From contig NW_021834672.1 of NCBI RefSeq assembly GCF_006345805.1, positions 3,693 to 67,692 on the forward strand: 64,000 nt of DNA, in the 5' to 3' direction. Below, piece by piece: positions 24,770 to 39,245 of the stretch (the stretch's first letter is position 1; each line of letters opens with the position of its first letter). Below the pieces are notes generated by a model. The model did no database searches. It had not been told where the DNA came from and saw only the letters and a list, made by a program, of their open reading frames with translations. This stretch comes from Octopus sinensis. Its lineage: Eukaryota. Both the position numbers and the translations under genes were made by a program.

Positions 24770-25130
24770 CAACAAAATACCTTGGGCAAGTGTCTTCTGC
24801 TATATTTCTGGGAACATCAATGCTTTGTGAGTGAATTTTGTAGGTCACATAATGTGTGGAAACCAGTTATACATGTGTGTGTGCGTGTGTGTATGTGTGT
24901 ACATATATGTATACATACATATATATATGTGTGTGCGCGTATCTGTCAGTTTCTGAGTGTATCTTTGTGTCTGTGTTTGTTCCCAATTGCCACCATTTGA
25001 CAACCGGTGCTGGTTGCTGTACGTCCTCATAACTAGCGGCTCGACCAAAGCGACCGATAGTATACTAGTATAGGAGCCACACTTAAAAAATGAAAACATA
25101 TACTGGAATCGATTTGTTTGACTAAAATCA
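24770..25130 (+). mobile_element. SINE family B, diverged
   Basis: CCTTGGGCAAGTGTCTTCTGCTAT...TTGACAACCGGTGCTGG...GATTTGTTTGACTAAA. Confidence 0.75.
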
Positions 25131-25714
25131 CTCAATTATAGCCACAATTATATATATGCATACATAAACGCATACACAATTATATATATGCATAGCCACA
25201 ATTATATATATGCATACATAAACGCATACATATACACACATGTCCACCTACATGGAGGACGACCAGAGTCCGAATAAGACTATTTCTTAAAATCAAGAGT
25301 CCAAGAATTCCTGTGCGTGAGTTTGTTTTGAGTAAGTAAAATATTGCACGACACGTAACCCCCTTTTCAGTGAAAAACAGCTATAAAACCAGTGGCACAA
25401 CAGAGTTTGAGACGACTAGAAACCAGCTGCGCTGGAAGATCTGGGGTTTTTTTAATACGAGTATAACTTCTCCAGAACTAGGAGCCTTTTATTCCCAGCT
25501 GTAAATATACTCAATGGTACGTGGCTGGGCTCTAACAACTGTTATTACTTCGATTTAGAGTAGCCTGAAGGATAAATAGTGGCTAAGAGGTGATTCCGCT
25601 CTCAGCAAAACCTCGAAGCTCCCACACCAGGGCATCACTATTGGATGCAATTAAAAGGCATACTCGCCACATACAAACATAATGCTTAGATACAGTATGC
25701 ATACATACAGAGTC

Positions 25715-25735
25715 CATACATACATACTACATACA

Positions 25736-25769
<34 letters not shown>

Positions 25770-26342
25770 CATACATAGAAAGCGAGTTCGAAGACTTCAG
25801 ATCCAATCCATCAGTGGAACTATAAAAATCTGTAAAACTTTCCAGTAGCTTATCATTTAAATATATATGAGCGTGTCTAGATATGCAACTATATGCATGG
25901 GAATTCATACATACATAAAGCAAAACATACAAATCTGCACATATACATACATACATACATACATACATACATACATACATACATACAAAAATGCCCTGTT
26001 GTTGATGTTGATTCCAATGAAGGAGTCTTGGATCTAGGTTAGAAACCGGCTCTTTCTATATAGGCAAGAAATTTTGAAATAAAACTGAACAATGACATAC
26101 ATACATACATACACACACACATACATATATACATATATACATACATGCATACATACATACATATATACATACATGCATACATACATACACACATACATAC
26201 ATACATACATACATACATACACACATACATATATACATACATACATACATGCATACATACATACATATACACATACATACATACATGCATACATACATAC
26301 ATACATATACACATACATGCATACATACATACATACATACAT

Positions 26343-26374
<32 letters not shown>

Positions 26375-26768
26375 TTGGGTGTATGCATCGACAGTTCACC
26401 AAACATACCAATTGAACCGCATATATACAAACACTGAGAACCCCTTTAACTCAAAGAACCTTGCTGCATTATTTGCACCCGGCTTGGGCTCTTTCAAAAA
26501 GAAGTTAGATTAAACTTTAAGAAAAATCATGCATACATACAGGGGGAGAGAATGCAAATGCTCTATCGTATGCTACGACTGGTCACGATATCTTGGACAA
26601 TAAAAGTGTGCAAAACCTTCTTAAGATTTAAAGGATGAGGTTAAGAGAAAATACTTTCCTTCACAACCTTACTACCAAGTAGATGGTCAGTCAAAATTTA
26701 TTCTAAAATTAAAGAGAGAAAACACGCATACATACATACATACATACATACATACATACATACATACA

Positions 26769-26800
<32 letters not shown>
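25715..26800. repeat. (ACAT)n microsatellite cluster with embedded unique fragments
   Basis: Several ACAT arrays. The fragment at about 26490 reads GSFKKKLD, resembling a CR1/L2-type 3' end. Confidence 0.85.
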
Positions 26801-27284
26801 CGCATGCACCATGCATCCATAGGAATATGTTAATAAAGGAAATGAATTTTTGGAATAATTTCACAAGAATTCAAAGCCGACCTATAAAAGTTATATTAGT
26901 TAATACTTTGTATTTCTTTCATTATATTCCACTGTTTCTGGAGGATTTCCAAATTACAAATTAAAATCTTTCCTGAACGAGGTACTTAGAGGAAGCACTT
27001 GATAGGCGTTTCAGTCAAATGTAGATAATGTGCATTCAAGCTTATTCTGAACTCTGACATATTTTTGGCATGTGATAAAATTAATTTTACTTTTGCATGT
27101 TCGTGCATTAATGTACTGGTAACTCTTAGTACGTGTGAACATAACAGTTAGATGTAATAATAATAATTAATCAGCTATGACGTACAAGACACTGAAGATA
27201 TGCAACCGTTTAAGATTATTAGAAAACCTTTGGAGAAGTGAAAATAGGGGAAGCTTTTAGAGTGGAAATAAATTTGTGTACAAG

Positions 27285-28046
27285 ACAGCGAACTCCCATA
27301 ATCGTTAACAAGCTGGATAAAATGCTTAATGGTATTTCCTCCAGTTTTGCGTTCTAAGTTCAAATCCGCCGAGGTCGACTTTGCCTTTCATCTTTTCGGG
27401 GTCGATTAAATAAGTATCAGTTACGCACTGGGGTCGATGTAATCGACTTAATACCTATGTCTGTCCTTGTTTGTCCCCTCTATGTTTAGCCCCTTGTGGG
27501 TAGTAAAGAAATAGGTATTTCCTCCAGCTTTGCATTCTAAGTTTAAATTCTGCTGAGGTCGACTTTGCCTTTCATCTTTTCGGGGTCGATGAAATAAGCA
27601 CCAGGGAAACACTGGGGTCAATGTAATCGACTAGTCCCCTTCCTCGAAATTTCAGGCCTTGAGCCTATACTAGAAAGGATCATTATTATTATTGAATCGG
27701 CGAATTGCACACCGAACGAAATGCTAAGCAGTATTTCGTCTGTCGCTACGTTCTGAGTTCAAATTCTGCCGAGGTCGACTTTGCCTTTTATCCTTTCGGG
27801 AACGATAAAATAAGTACCAGTTACGCACTGAGGTCGATATAATCGACTTAATCCGTTTGTCTGTCCTTGTTTGTCCTCTTTGTGTTTAGCTCCTTGTGGA
27901 TAGTAAAGAAATAAGTATTTCGTCTGTCGCTACGCTCTGAGTTCAAATTCCGCCGAGGTCGACTTAGCCTTTTATCCTTTCGGTATCGATAAAATAAGTA
28001 CCAGTAAAGCAGTGGGATTGATATAATCGACTAGTCCCCCAGCTTG
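27285..28046 (+). mobile_element. Two consecutive two-unit family A SINE composites
   Basis: Each runs head-body-tail1-body-tail2; junctions are AAAGAAATA(G/A)GTATTTC. Confidence 0.88.
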
Positions 28047-28780
28047 AAAAACCCTGTGGAGAACTCTTGCAGTTTCGAGCAATGCTGAGGATTTTAGGTG
28101 TTCAACCTTGCACCCATCTTTCTCAGCCATGTTGGTAGTTAAGTGCTGATACTTCCAAGTGTGCCAATTACTACTGGTATCACTCTCTTCATTGCCCACA
28201 ACCTTTGTATTTCCCACTTCAAATCATCATAGTCGTTCTGGTTTTCTTCTTTCTCTTTGATCCTGTTGTCACCAGGACATGCTATCTCGATTATCATACA
28301 AGTATTCTTTTTCTGTTTTGTCCACTACAACAATGTCAAGTTTCCGATGTCTGGTCTGATGGTCGCACTGAATCATTGCATCCCACACAGGTTTTGGCAA
28401 TCTTCATTCTCAGTTACTCCTGAGAATTTGGTCCTACCACATTTATATGCCGTGATTTCTAGAGATCTCTCAATGGACCATTCTTACCACATTGTCATCT
28501 CTTTTGTCATCGTGTTGTACCAATTTCGGACATTCGCTAAGAATGTGCCATACCATTTCACCCCTTTCACCACACATTCTGCATTTGTCGCTCTCATTTT
28601 TGTTTTAATTCTGCATCTTCACACAGTTCGTCCATAATGCTTGATCTTGTGTCGCGCATAAAAGCGCTTCTGTCTCTATTTTCAGGTCACTCCTCCGCAT
28701 CCATAGCTTCCAATCTTGTGTATCTGTTTTGGCGTTCGTATCTCTTGCAAACTGACCCTTTATTTTTTTATTCCATGCTT
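28047..28780 (-). mobile_element. Second R4/Dong-like LINE 3' fragment, decayed
   Basis: Minus: KGQFARD...RRSDLKIETEALLCATQDQAL...CRMCGERGEMVWHILSECPKL...LDIVVVDK...IIEIACPGD...YDDLKWEIQRLW...VIPVVIGTLG...ALLETARVL. Confidence 0.85.
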
Positions 28781-28809
28781 CCTTCTTTCTTTCTTTCTTT
28801 CTTTCTTTT

Positions 28810-28849
<40 letters not shown>

Positions 28850-28920
28850 TTTTTCTTTCTTTTTTTATTTCTTCCTTTCTTTTCTTTCTTTCTTCCTTTC
28901 TTTCTTTCTTTCTTTCTTGG
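28781..28920. repeat. (TTTC)n microsatellite
   Basis: Visible directly in the sequence. Confidence 0.95.
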
Positions 28921-29375
28921 TTCTTTTCATCTTTATTCGCTCCACGTAAAGCTTCATGCACACCCGCAAGGATCATTGTGGTTGTGGGTTCCCAATTCAA
29001 CCCCAGATACTCGACGTTGTGCAAGGGTACACTAGTGCTTACATATGCATGTATGTGTGTATATATGTACATGTACATATATACTCATATACATGTGTAT
29101 AAATATGTAATTATGAACAAATATCTAAATATATGTGTGTGTGTATGTATTTATACATCTTTATAAATATGTATGTCTTATGTACATACAAGTATACGTT
29201 TATATATAAACACACGCATACGTACACACACATGAAGTACGAGAAAGAAACAGAAAAACAAACATAATACCTATTTATCAATATGTATGTTAATATGTAT
29301 ATATATATATGTGTGTGTATGTGTGTATGTATATATATATACATATATGTATATATATATGTGTATGTATATATA

Positions 29376-29411
<36 letters not shown>

Positions 29412-29819
29412 AATCCGCATACATATATGCCTACACATGTGTTTACACGTCTTCTTTTTATTAAAGGCATAAAGCCTGAAATGCGTTTACACGTGTCTCT
29501 TGCGATTGTGTGTGTACATGTATCTATGCATGGGATTGGTAAGAAACCGCTGTTCACTCAGAGATGTTATATTTTACGCATCCCTCTTCGTGTTACCTTA
29601 TTTTTATTAAAGGTGTCCCCATACATTTTTATTACTACTTTATGTTTAGTATAGGACAACGACGTTCCGAAATCTATGATTGGTTTAAGACCTTTTGGGA
29701 GATTCTGCATATTAATGGAGCGGAGGCATTAGCTTTTATTACCGCGTGCAGGAGAATAACATCTTTACTAATAACTCATTGTGAGATCTGAAATGGTTTG
29801 ACTGTTAACTCTTTGATTA

Positions 29820-30305
29820 TGTTGCTCTTTTCCGTGTTTCAAACGCTGAACTGCAGCCATGTTGGAGTCATACTAGCTCTTATAGGGCTAGTTTAACGAA
29901 TGTATGCTTCTCTTCCTTGAAGACTGATACTTATTCTATTTGTATCTATTTATATGGCTGCGAGCTGGCAGAAACGTTAGCACTCCGGCCGAAAGGCTTA
30001 GTGGTATTTCGTCTGCCGTTACGTTCTGAGTTCAAATTCCGCCGAGGTCGACTTTGCCTTTCATCCTTTGGGGATCGATAAATTAAGTACCAGTTACGTA
30101 CTGGGTCGATGTAATCGACTTAATCCTTTTGTTTGTTCTTGTCTGTCCCCTCTATGTTTAGCCCCTTGTGGGTAATAAAGAAATATTCTATTCGTATCTT
30201 TTGCCGAGCGCCTAAATTACGGGGACGTGTACAAACTAACACTACTTGGCCAGCGGTAGTCCAAAGGGGAGGGACAAACACAATGATACACACACACACA
30301 CACAC

Positions 30306-30342
<37 letters not shown>

Positions 30343-30975
30343 TTTTGTACATAAGACGTGCTTTTTTAAAGTTGTGTTCTATCAAATTCACTAATAATGC
30401 ATTGATAGGTCGAGGCTACATTGTTTACTTTTCTACTCTAGGCACAAGGCAACTGGTACTTAATTTATCAAACCCCGAAAGGATGAAAGACAAAGTCGAC
30501 CTCGGCGGAATTTGAACTCAGAACGTAAAGACAGACGAAATATAGCTAAGCATTTCACTAAGCGTGCTAACGTTTCTTATTTCTTTATTGCCCACAAGGG
30601 GCTAAATATACAAGGAACAAACAAGGACAGACAAAGGGATTAAGTCGAATACATCGATCCCAGTGCGTAACTGCTACTTAATTTATCGACCCCGGCAGAC
30701 GAAATACCACTAAGCACTTCGCCCGGCGCGCTAACGTTTCTGCCAGCTCACCGCCTTCAGTCAGGGCTACATTACAAGACACATGTCTTAGGTGCCACAC
30801 TCTGGAACTTGATCCGAAACCACACGGGTGCTAGGAGAACAACCTAGTAACACAACCATACCCATGCCTAACCAAATTCTCTCACAAAACATTGGTTGGT
30901 CCGGATCTCTAGGACAAGGTGTCGCGCAGTGGGACTGAATCTGAAGCCACGTGGTTGCGAAACGAACTAACTTAA
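29820..30975 (-). mobile_element. Family B SINE remnants with nested family A copies (+ 29955-30184; - 30425-30758)
   Basis: TSD-like TATTCTATT(T/C)GTATCT flanks the plus-strand family A copy. Confidence 0.8.
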
Positions 30976-31184
30976 GATTACTTTCCCAGTTTATTTCACG
31001 TGTGTTTTATCATTGTGCGTGTGTTGCTTTTTATTTTGTTATTTGGTTTAGAAGATCTCCATGTGGGAACGTAAAATATTTTTTATTAAATGACAATATG
31101 GTCAATGATGTAACGGTTATACCAATACATCAGTCTTATTTACTTACATATCAATAATAATTTATGATTCATTATTAACAGTAA

Positions 31185-31520
31185 TTATTTCGGGTTCAGC
31201 CCCATTGCGAAACATCAAAGTCAAGTGTCTTCAACTATAGCATCGAGCCGACTAATGCATTGCGGGTGAATTTGGCAGGCGGAAACTGTGAGGAAACCTG
31301 TCATATGTATGTCTCTGTCTGTGTGACTTTGGTGACAGTTCTGTCTTCCACCACCACATGATAACTGGTGTTGGTTTGTTTATGTCACTATAGCTTAGCT
31401 GTTAGGCGGAAAGAGACCTTTAGAACAGCAATAAGAACTGGGGTTGATTTCTTCGACTAAAGCCTGTACAAGGCCGTGTCCCAGCTTGGCTGCAGTCCAA
31501 TGAGTGAAACAAGATGAAGG
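31185..31520 (+). mobile_element. SINE family B, old
   Basis: GGGTTCAGCCCCATTGCG...CAAGTGTCTTC...GCAGTCCAATGAGTGAAACAAG. Confidence 0.7.
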
Positions 31521-32125
31521 TAAGACATTAGTTAGTATACCGTAGCTATTTACCACATTCTGTTGTATGTAATTCTATATAGAACGGTAGTGTTAGGAAC
31601 TAAGTTTTGTTTCCCTATTCTATAACAGTTCCTTGTTATTGAACATTTGTACATATGTGTGTGTGTGCGTGTGTGTATGTATATATGTATATGTATATAT
31701 ATTTGTATATGTGTATATATGTGTGTGTTTGTGTGTGTATATATACACATATATACATGTATATATGATGTATATATGCATACACACACGCACTCACACG
31801 CATATATATGTATGTGTATATATATATTATTCACATATACATATATATATATGTATATGTATATATCTATATATATATGTGTGTGTGTGTGTATGTGTAT
31901 GTATACGTATATATTATGTATATGTATATATATAATATGTATAGTATATATGTGTGTATATAATATTATATCTACATATATATATATATATAATATATAT
32001 ATATATAATATGTGCGGCGTGTGTTATTCAAATATACATATATATATGTAAATGTATATGTATATGTGTTTGTGTGTATGTATATATATATATATACCAT
32101 ACATACATATATATATGTATGTATG

Positions 32126-32164
<39 letters not shown>

Positions 32165-33034
32165 TATATATAAATATACATATTTGTATATAATATACAC
32201 ATATACACAGAGCTAACTGCACCATCTGATTCACTACAGTACCCTGTGGCGGTTCTTTCGTTGGATCTTAAACGTGTTATTAACAAAAGGTAGGCACATG
32301 ATCTGTTTCTCGTTGACCACGAAGAATCATACACATCTTTCAGTTGAATTACGTATCTGTGGGTGGTAGTTATTTTGTGTTGAGGTCTTGATCTCGAGAT
32401 AAGTCTTAGATTTGAATAGACGCCAATACTTCGTCCAGCTTTCTCCAGATATCTGGAAATTTTCCGAGCGCGTGAGTGGAATCACAACTTAAATGCATGT
32501 TGCAGTGTTTTATGAGTTGTTATGAGGTGGTTAAATCATAATATATTATCAAATGTGCCTTGAAATTTCCATATCAGATAATCAATAGTTACTGCAAACA
32601 TGTTGAATTTGATCAAATCACAACGGACTATTCAATTGGTAATTAATAACTACATTTACAGTTGCGGTCCGAAATGTTCATAACGGCATTGTTTTCGTCA
32701 GAAAAGTAGGTATAATTTTTTACCAAACTTGTTTTATATTCTATAACTTTCGCAGACAATAAATACAATATTATTTGTTATTGTCTGAGATTTTGGTGTA
32801 ATTTGAGAGGATAATACCAAAGTTATGGATGATTTAGTGATTTACTGCAAAACCCATGGCGACCAAAATGATCAGAACGGTTTAAAAAATAACAAAATAA
32901 TTAAAAATGACATATATATATATATATTATATATATAAAGGGAAAGTTTACGAAAATAAACAAAAGATGAAGGCAGGTGGAACACAAACAAACAAATGTA
33001 TTAGTATAGCGCTCAGGAATAGAAATAGAAAAAG

Positions 33035-33072
33035 TCTTTTACGTTTCGAGCCTACGCTCTTCGACAGAAAGA
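33035..33072 (-). ncRNA. Minimal hammerhead motif (CUGUCGA core variant)
   Basis: Minus: tcttt-CTGTCGA-a-gagc(gtag)gctc-GAAA-cgt-A-aaaga, within a ~190-bp unit between (TA)n tracts. Confidence 0.7.
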
Positions 33073-33959
33073 TACACAGAAAAAAAACAAGGAGAAAAAG
33101 AAATGCGTGTAGGAGCTAACGATCTATGCATATACATACATATATATATATAATATATACATATACGTACATACATATATATTAGCAATGTTAGTTAACG
33201 ACAACAATTGTGACAACAGCAATAATGATAACCATAACATCCCCTACACAAACAAGTAGCAACAACAATAGCCATAATAGGCGTAGGAGTGGCTGTGTGG
33301 TAGGTAGCTTGCTTACCAATCACATACCTACACTCTGTCTTATATATATATATATATAGGCACATACGATCATATTTAATAAGTTTGGGTACCCTCGACA
33401 TAGAAAGACATACGCAGAAATGTTCTCGCGATGAGTGAAAAACCCACCATCGGAGTAAGAATTACGTTATCTGATCGGAGGCAGCCATCGTGTTTCAGCC
33501 TCATTGCGCGTCAACAGCACATCATTTTTCATAACGTTACAGCTGTTTCCCACCTCCTTTCAATCGTGCAGCACCTGTTTACAGCTAAATAGACTGGACC
33601 ATTATGGAGAATAGAACCTTTGCCACGGACGTAATGCTTAGCCAGAGATAGGATAAGAACTGTTGATCTTTCAACTCGATTATCTCTAGAATCTAAGACA
33701 GAAATAGCGATATCGAAATAAGAATATAATAAAGTGTAACCAAAAGGTTTCAGAGTTGATTTATGTAAAATTCAACACTTTCTTTGATCACCAACATTTT
33801 ATAAGAAGACTTCTGCAAGTGAACTTTCGAGGTGATAATATATTATAGAGGTGTAGCATATTTCTTATACATACATTCACGTATATACATATACTTATAT
33901 GTAAGTATATATTGTATATATGTATACACATGTATGTGTGTGAGAGAGAGAGAACGAGT

Positions 33960-34165
33960 GTGTGTGTGTGTATGTGTGTGTGTGTGTGTGTGTGTGCATG
34001 TGTGTGTGCGTACATACAAGTTTGAAATGGACACATTTAAACAGAATCACGCAAACTACACACAGAATACACACGGAGACACATTTATATATGTATACAC
34101 ATGTATGTGTTATATAGTGTGTGTGTGTGTGGTGTGTAAAATATATATATATATGTATGTATATT

Positions 34166-34201
<36 letters not shown>

Positions 34202-34372
34202 CATGTGTGTGTGCGTACATACAAGTTTGAAATGGACACATTTGAAACAGAATCACGCAAACTACACACAGAATACACACGGAGACACATTTATATATGT
34301 ATACACATGTATGTGTATATATATGTGTGTGTGGTGTGTGTGTATAAATATATATATATATGTATGTATATT

Positions 34373-34440
<68 letters not shown>
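33960..34440. repeat. Tandem duplication, period about 205 bp
   Basis: GCATGTGTGTGTGCGTACATACAAGTTTGAAATGGACAC at 33996 and 34201. Confidence 0.9.
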
Positions 34441-34444
<4 letters not shown>

Positions 34445-35042
34445 ATATAATATATATATATATATGTATGTGCTTAAATAGACATAATATATATGTACAT
34501 TTATATAAACACATATGTGTGTATATATATATACATATGTGTTTATGTGTGTGTATATATGATATACATACATACATACATACATACTGACTTAGAGATT
34601 GAACTTCTGCGAAGACAAGCAAACACATAGACTTACTCATATGAAAACATATACACATAACAATAAAAACACACATATGCACACGCATATACACACACGC
34701 TTTCATCTGAGACACAGTCACATAGACGCATAGACAAGTGTAAAGCCCTTACATTCAAAGAAAAATGTTCACTAATATACACCAACACGCACACACAAAC
34801 AAACACACACAGGAAATGCAAAACATTCACGACAACAATGACTAGAATAATATAGCAACAATATAAATGAAAGTGTATGTGTGTAGATCAGGAAAAAGGC
34901 TCCGAAACGGTGCGTCGTCGAGAAAAATGGGTTTCATTTTCGAAATCTGCGTCCCAACGGGGAGGCATTCAGTGATTAGTAATTTTAAAAAAATATAATT
35001 TGCTATGGGAAATAACTCGACTTTTAGATCACATTTGTCATA

Positions 35043-35078
<36 letters not shown>

Positions 35079-35754
35079 TCTTTCTCTCCTTCTCTCTTCC
35101 TCTCCCTCCCTCTCTCTTACGCTTGTCTCCTCGCTATTTATATTTACCACACTCTCTCTCACGCCTTCTCTGTATATGCATATCTCTCACACATGCTGCT
35201 CCCCTCTCTCTTTCTCTCTCTCTCTCTCGCTCTCTCTCCTCTCTCTGCTTCTCTCTCACATTGCTCCCTTATCGTTCTCTCTCTCTCTCTTGATCTATCA
35301 ATTTTCTCTTCGTTATACATAATTTCTTTCGTTAGAAGCTACAACTTTGTCGTTGTAGCTTCTAATGTTTTGGCTTTTATTTTGTGAGAGATTTCTCTCA
35401 CGCAGAAAATGTCAGCTTCCAAATCCTGTTTTCTGATTGGGTAAAAATGATCAAACTTTAAAATTCTGTCACATTTTTCGAAATTTTTTCTGGAATCATA
35501 AAATCGGATATAGCGTGAAAAATACCTCAATATAACTAATTTGAAACTTTTCACTTCGTTTTCAAAATCTATGACAGTAACAAAAATGATTCCCTCTCCC
35601 AATTTGTATTTCTATGCTTTTTATACTTTGCTACTGTAAACTTTCTCCTTCTGTCAGAGGCGTAGCCAGGTTCTAAAGTAAGGGAGAGTGACCACATAAA
35701 AAAAGGCGCCAAACAATTTTTAATTAGAAATATTGAATTTCTAAATGTCTCAAA

Positions 35755-36079
35755 GAGACATGAGCGATGGTGGAGCGATAGAGTGGTTGTATACTGTCAA
35801 CATAACGTGACAGTCCCGTAAGGGAATTACACTACCGCTGTTTAGCCCTAGGAAGCATCGACGCTTCCTGTCGGCTTTGACACATTTCCTGTGTCCTTAT
35901 ATTTGCAAAGGGGAGGCAAGCACCCCCACCAGCTAGGATTCACACCTGAGAACATGCATGTTTCTGGGTCTTTACCCGTCATCAGCCCAGGATAGTGAAC
36001 CTGCTAGTTGAGATGCCTGTCTAGCCTTCGCAATATATATATATATATATTTACAGTGAAATCTATTCACTGATCACCG
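35755..36079 (-). mobile_element. Hammerhead-bearing structured element, copy 2
   Basis: Homologous to 9153-9410. Flanked by a perfect 34-bp direct repeat at 35721-35754 and 36080-36113. Confidence 0.8.
35945..35991 (-). ncRNA. Minimal type I hammerhead ribozyme
   Basis: Minus: cctggg-CTGATGA-c-gggt(aaag)accc-a-GAAA-catgcatgt-T-ctcagg. Palindromic stem III ACATGCATGT; GUU site. Confidence 0.85.
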
Positions 36080-36132
36080 TAATTAGAAATATTGAATTTC
36101 TAAATGTCTCAAATTCGTTATCTTATATTACG

Positions 36133-36450
36133 TGGGTGCGCAATGGCCCAGTGGTTAGAGCAGCTGACTCACGGTCGGAGGATCGCGGTTTCGATTCCCA
36201 GACCGGGTGTTGTGTGTGCTTATTGAGCGAAAACACCTAAAAGCTCAGCGAGGCTCCGGCAGGGGGTGGTGGCGACTCCTGTTATACTCTTTCACCACAA
36301 CTTTCTCTCACTCTCTCTTCCTGTTTCTTGAGTAATGCTGCAATAGACTGCCGTCCCGTCCAGCTGGAAGGGGGGGAGGACAAACGCCACAGAAACCGGG
36401 AAACCGGGCCCATGAGCCTGACTAGGATTGAAAAGGGCGAGAAAAAAATG
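36133..36450 (+). mobile_element. SINE family C-related subfamily
   Basis: tRNA-like head GGCCCAGTGGTTAGAGCAG...GGTTTCGATTCC. TSD TTATATTACG at 36123-36132 and 36451-36460. Confidence 0.85.
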
Positions 36451-36883
36451 TTATATTACGCGAGATATTTCATTGGTTATCATATTGGTTATCATATTCT
36501 ACATTCATTAATTTCATGTATACAAAACTTACAACAGCTGATATAAGTGTGACATGCAAAAGATGAAAGTTCACGGATTGTCCTAGTTTCGAGTGGTTAT
36601 GGCGTCAGGGTTTGTTTGATTCTTCAGATGTCAACGGCCACCAACGTAACACAGGAGATTGAGCAGACAGTTCAAAAGCACGGGAGATTGATCAAATAAA
36701 GTAATGGCTCCAGAAGATTCTTCCAGGGCCATAAGATACCAAAAAATACGAATGAAATTCGATTTTTATCACACAAGTGAACTAAAGAGTTAAAAATAAT
36801 TGTTGAAAAGGCGCCAATTCTGAAAATTGTGCTCGGGATGGTGGGGAGCGATTGCTTCCCTTGATCCCCTATTTGCTACACCA

Positions 36884-36924
<41 letters not shown>

Positions 36925-37224
36925 TTATATGAAAGAATGGAGTTGAACGACGAATTAACAAAATTCCTTTATTTTCGACATATGTTTCGAAGGCTGCATA
37001 TTCCTAATTGCGAAGGAATAAGGAGTACATTATGTCTTCTCTGATGTGAATTTGCTACCCAGGTATCGGTTAACCGAATTATCCATAACAAGATAATTCA
37101 TTCTACTACTCAAATATATATATATTTATTTATTTATTTATCAGATTCTCTCACTTTTTCACTGTATATGTATAAGATGCGTCAATTAGATAAGGGCATA
37201 AAAGCCTCGGTTGCACAGATAGAG

Positions 37225-37550
37225 GAGACGATGTCTCGTTTCAATTCAAGCAATTTCAATTTGCAATGAGTCCTAATTTTGTCATAAACATCAATAAATC
37301 TCAAGAACAAACACTTTTGGTTGCCGTTTTACAACTTGAAGAGTCCTGATTCATCCAAGTAAGAAGTCTTTATATCTTTGCACCAAATGGTAGAACAAAA
37401 AACGTTATCAATTCCCCTAAATATGCAGAAATCCGTCCTGACCAACGTTTAACTGTCGGGGAAGACATGGTCGAAAATGAAATTAAAAAATTATTTAAAT
37501 AAATGCATTCTATTGTGAAATGGCTCGGCAACGACGGGCTACTTAGCTAC
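37225..37550 (+). mobile_element. Helitron 3' remnant (Pif1 helicase C-terminus + terminal hairpin)
   Basis: FQFKQFQF...ININKSQEQTL...LYIFAPNGRTKNV, ending GCTCGGCAACGACGGGC hairpin followed by TACTTAGCTAC (decayed CTAG). Confidence 0.75.
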
Positions 37551-37551
37551 T

Positions 37552-38292
<741 letters not shown>

Positions 38293-38524
38293 ATATATAT
38301 GTATGTATATATATATTATATATATATATATATAATATATAATACATATATATATATACATATATATATTATTATATATAGATATATATATATATATGTT
38401 ATATATATATATACATATATATATGTATATACATGTATATGTGTATATACATATATATATGTATATATATATATACATATATAATATATGTATGTATGTA
38501 TGTATATATATATATGTGTGTGTG

Positions 38525-38558
<34 letters not shown>

Positions 38559-39167
38559 AGCACATACAATTACACACATATACACACACTCAATTCACTC
38601 CTTCTCAACGTATACTTTATTACGGAGACAAAAACGCATTCGCAACCATACCTGTGATAGAATATATTTTAAAAACCCTTACAAGAACTAAAATAAAGGA
38701 CATAAACCAATACACATACACACATACATACACACAATACGCACATAAGTTTATACACAAACACATATAGCCATAAACACACATACACGTAATGTAATCA
38801 CATGACTAACACATTGATAAAGGGCGGATTAATGCAGAATAACAAAACAAAACTTTAACATCTTCACACAAATACCACAATAATACACACACACATATAT
38901 ATATATATAGACATATATATGGACATACTTGTATATACATACTTATATATACATATATATATATACATAAGTGAATAGATAAATAGGTAGATATACAGAA
39001 GGATAGATAGATAGATAGATACTTATATATACACACTTATATATACATATATATACATATATATATATATATACATATATACATAACTGAATAGATAAAT
39101 AGGTAGAAAATGGATAGATAGGTTGATAGACAGACAGACATACAGACAGACAGACAGACAGACAGAC

Positions 39168-39245
<78 letters not shown>

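Larger units (their letters stand above)
35655..36886. mobile_element. Possible non-autonomous TIR DNA transposon (hAT-like ends) hosting nested insertions
   Basis: CAGAGGCGTAGC (35655-35666) and GCTACACCACTA (36875-36886) form an imperfect TIR pair. Confidence 0.4.
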
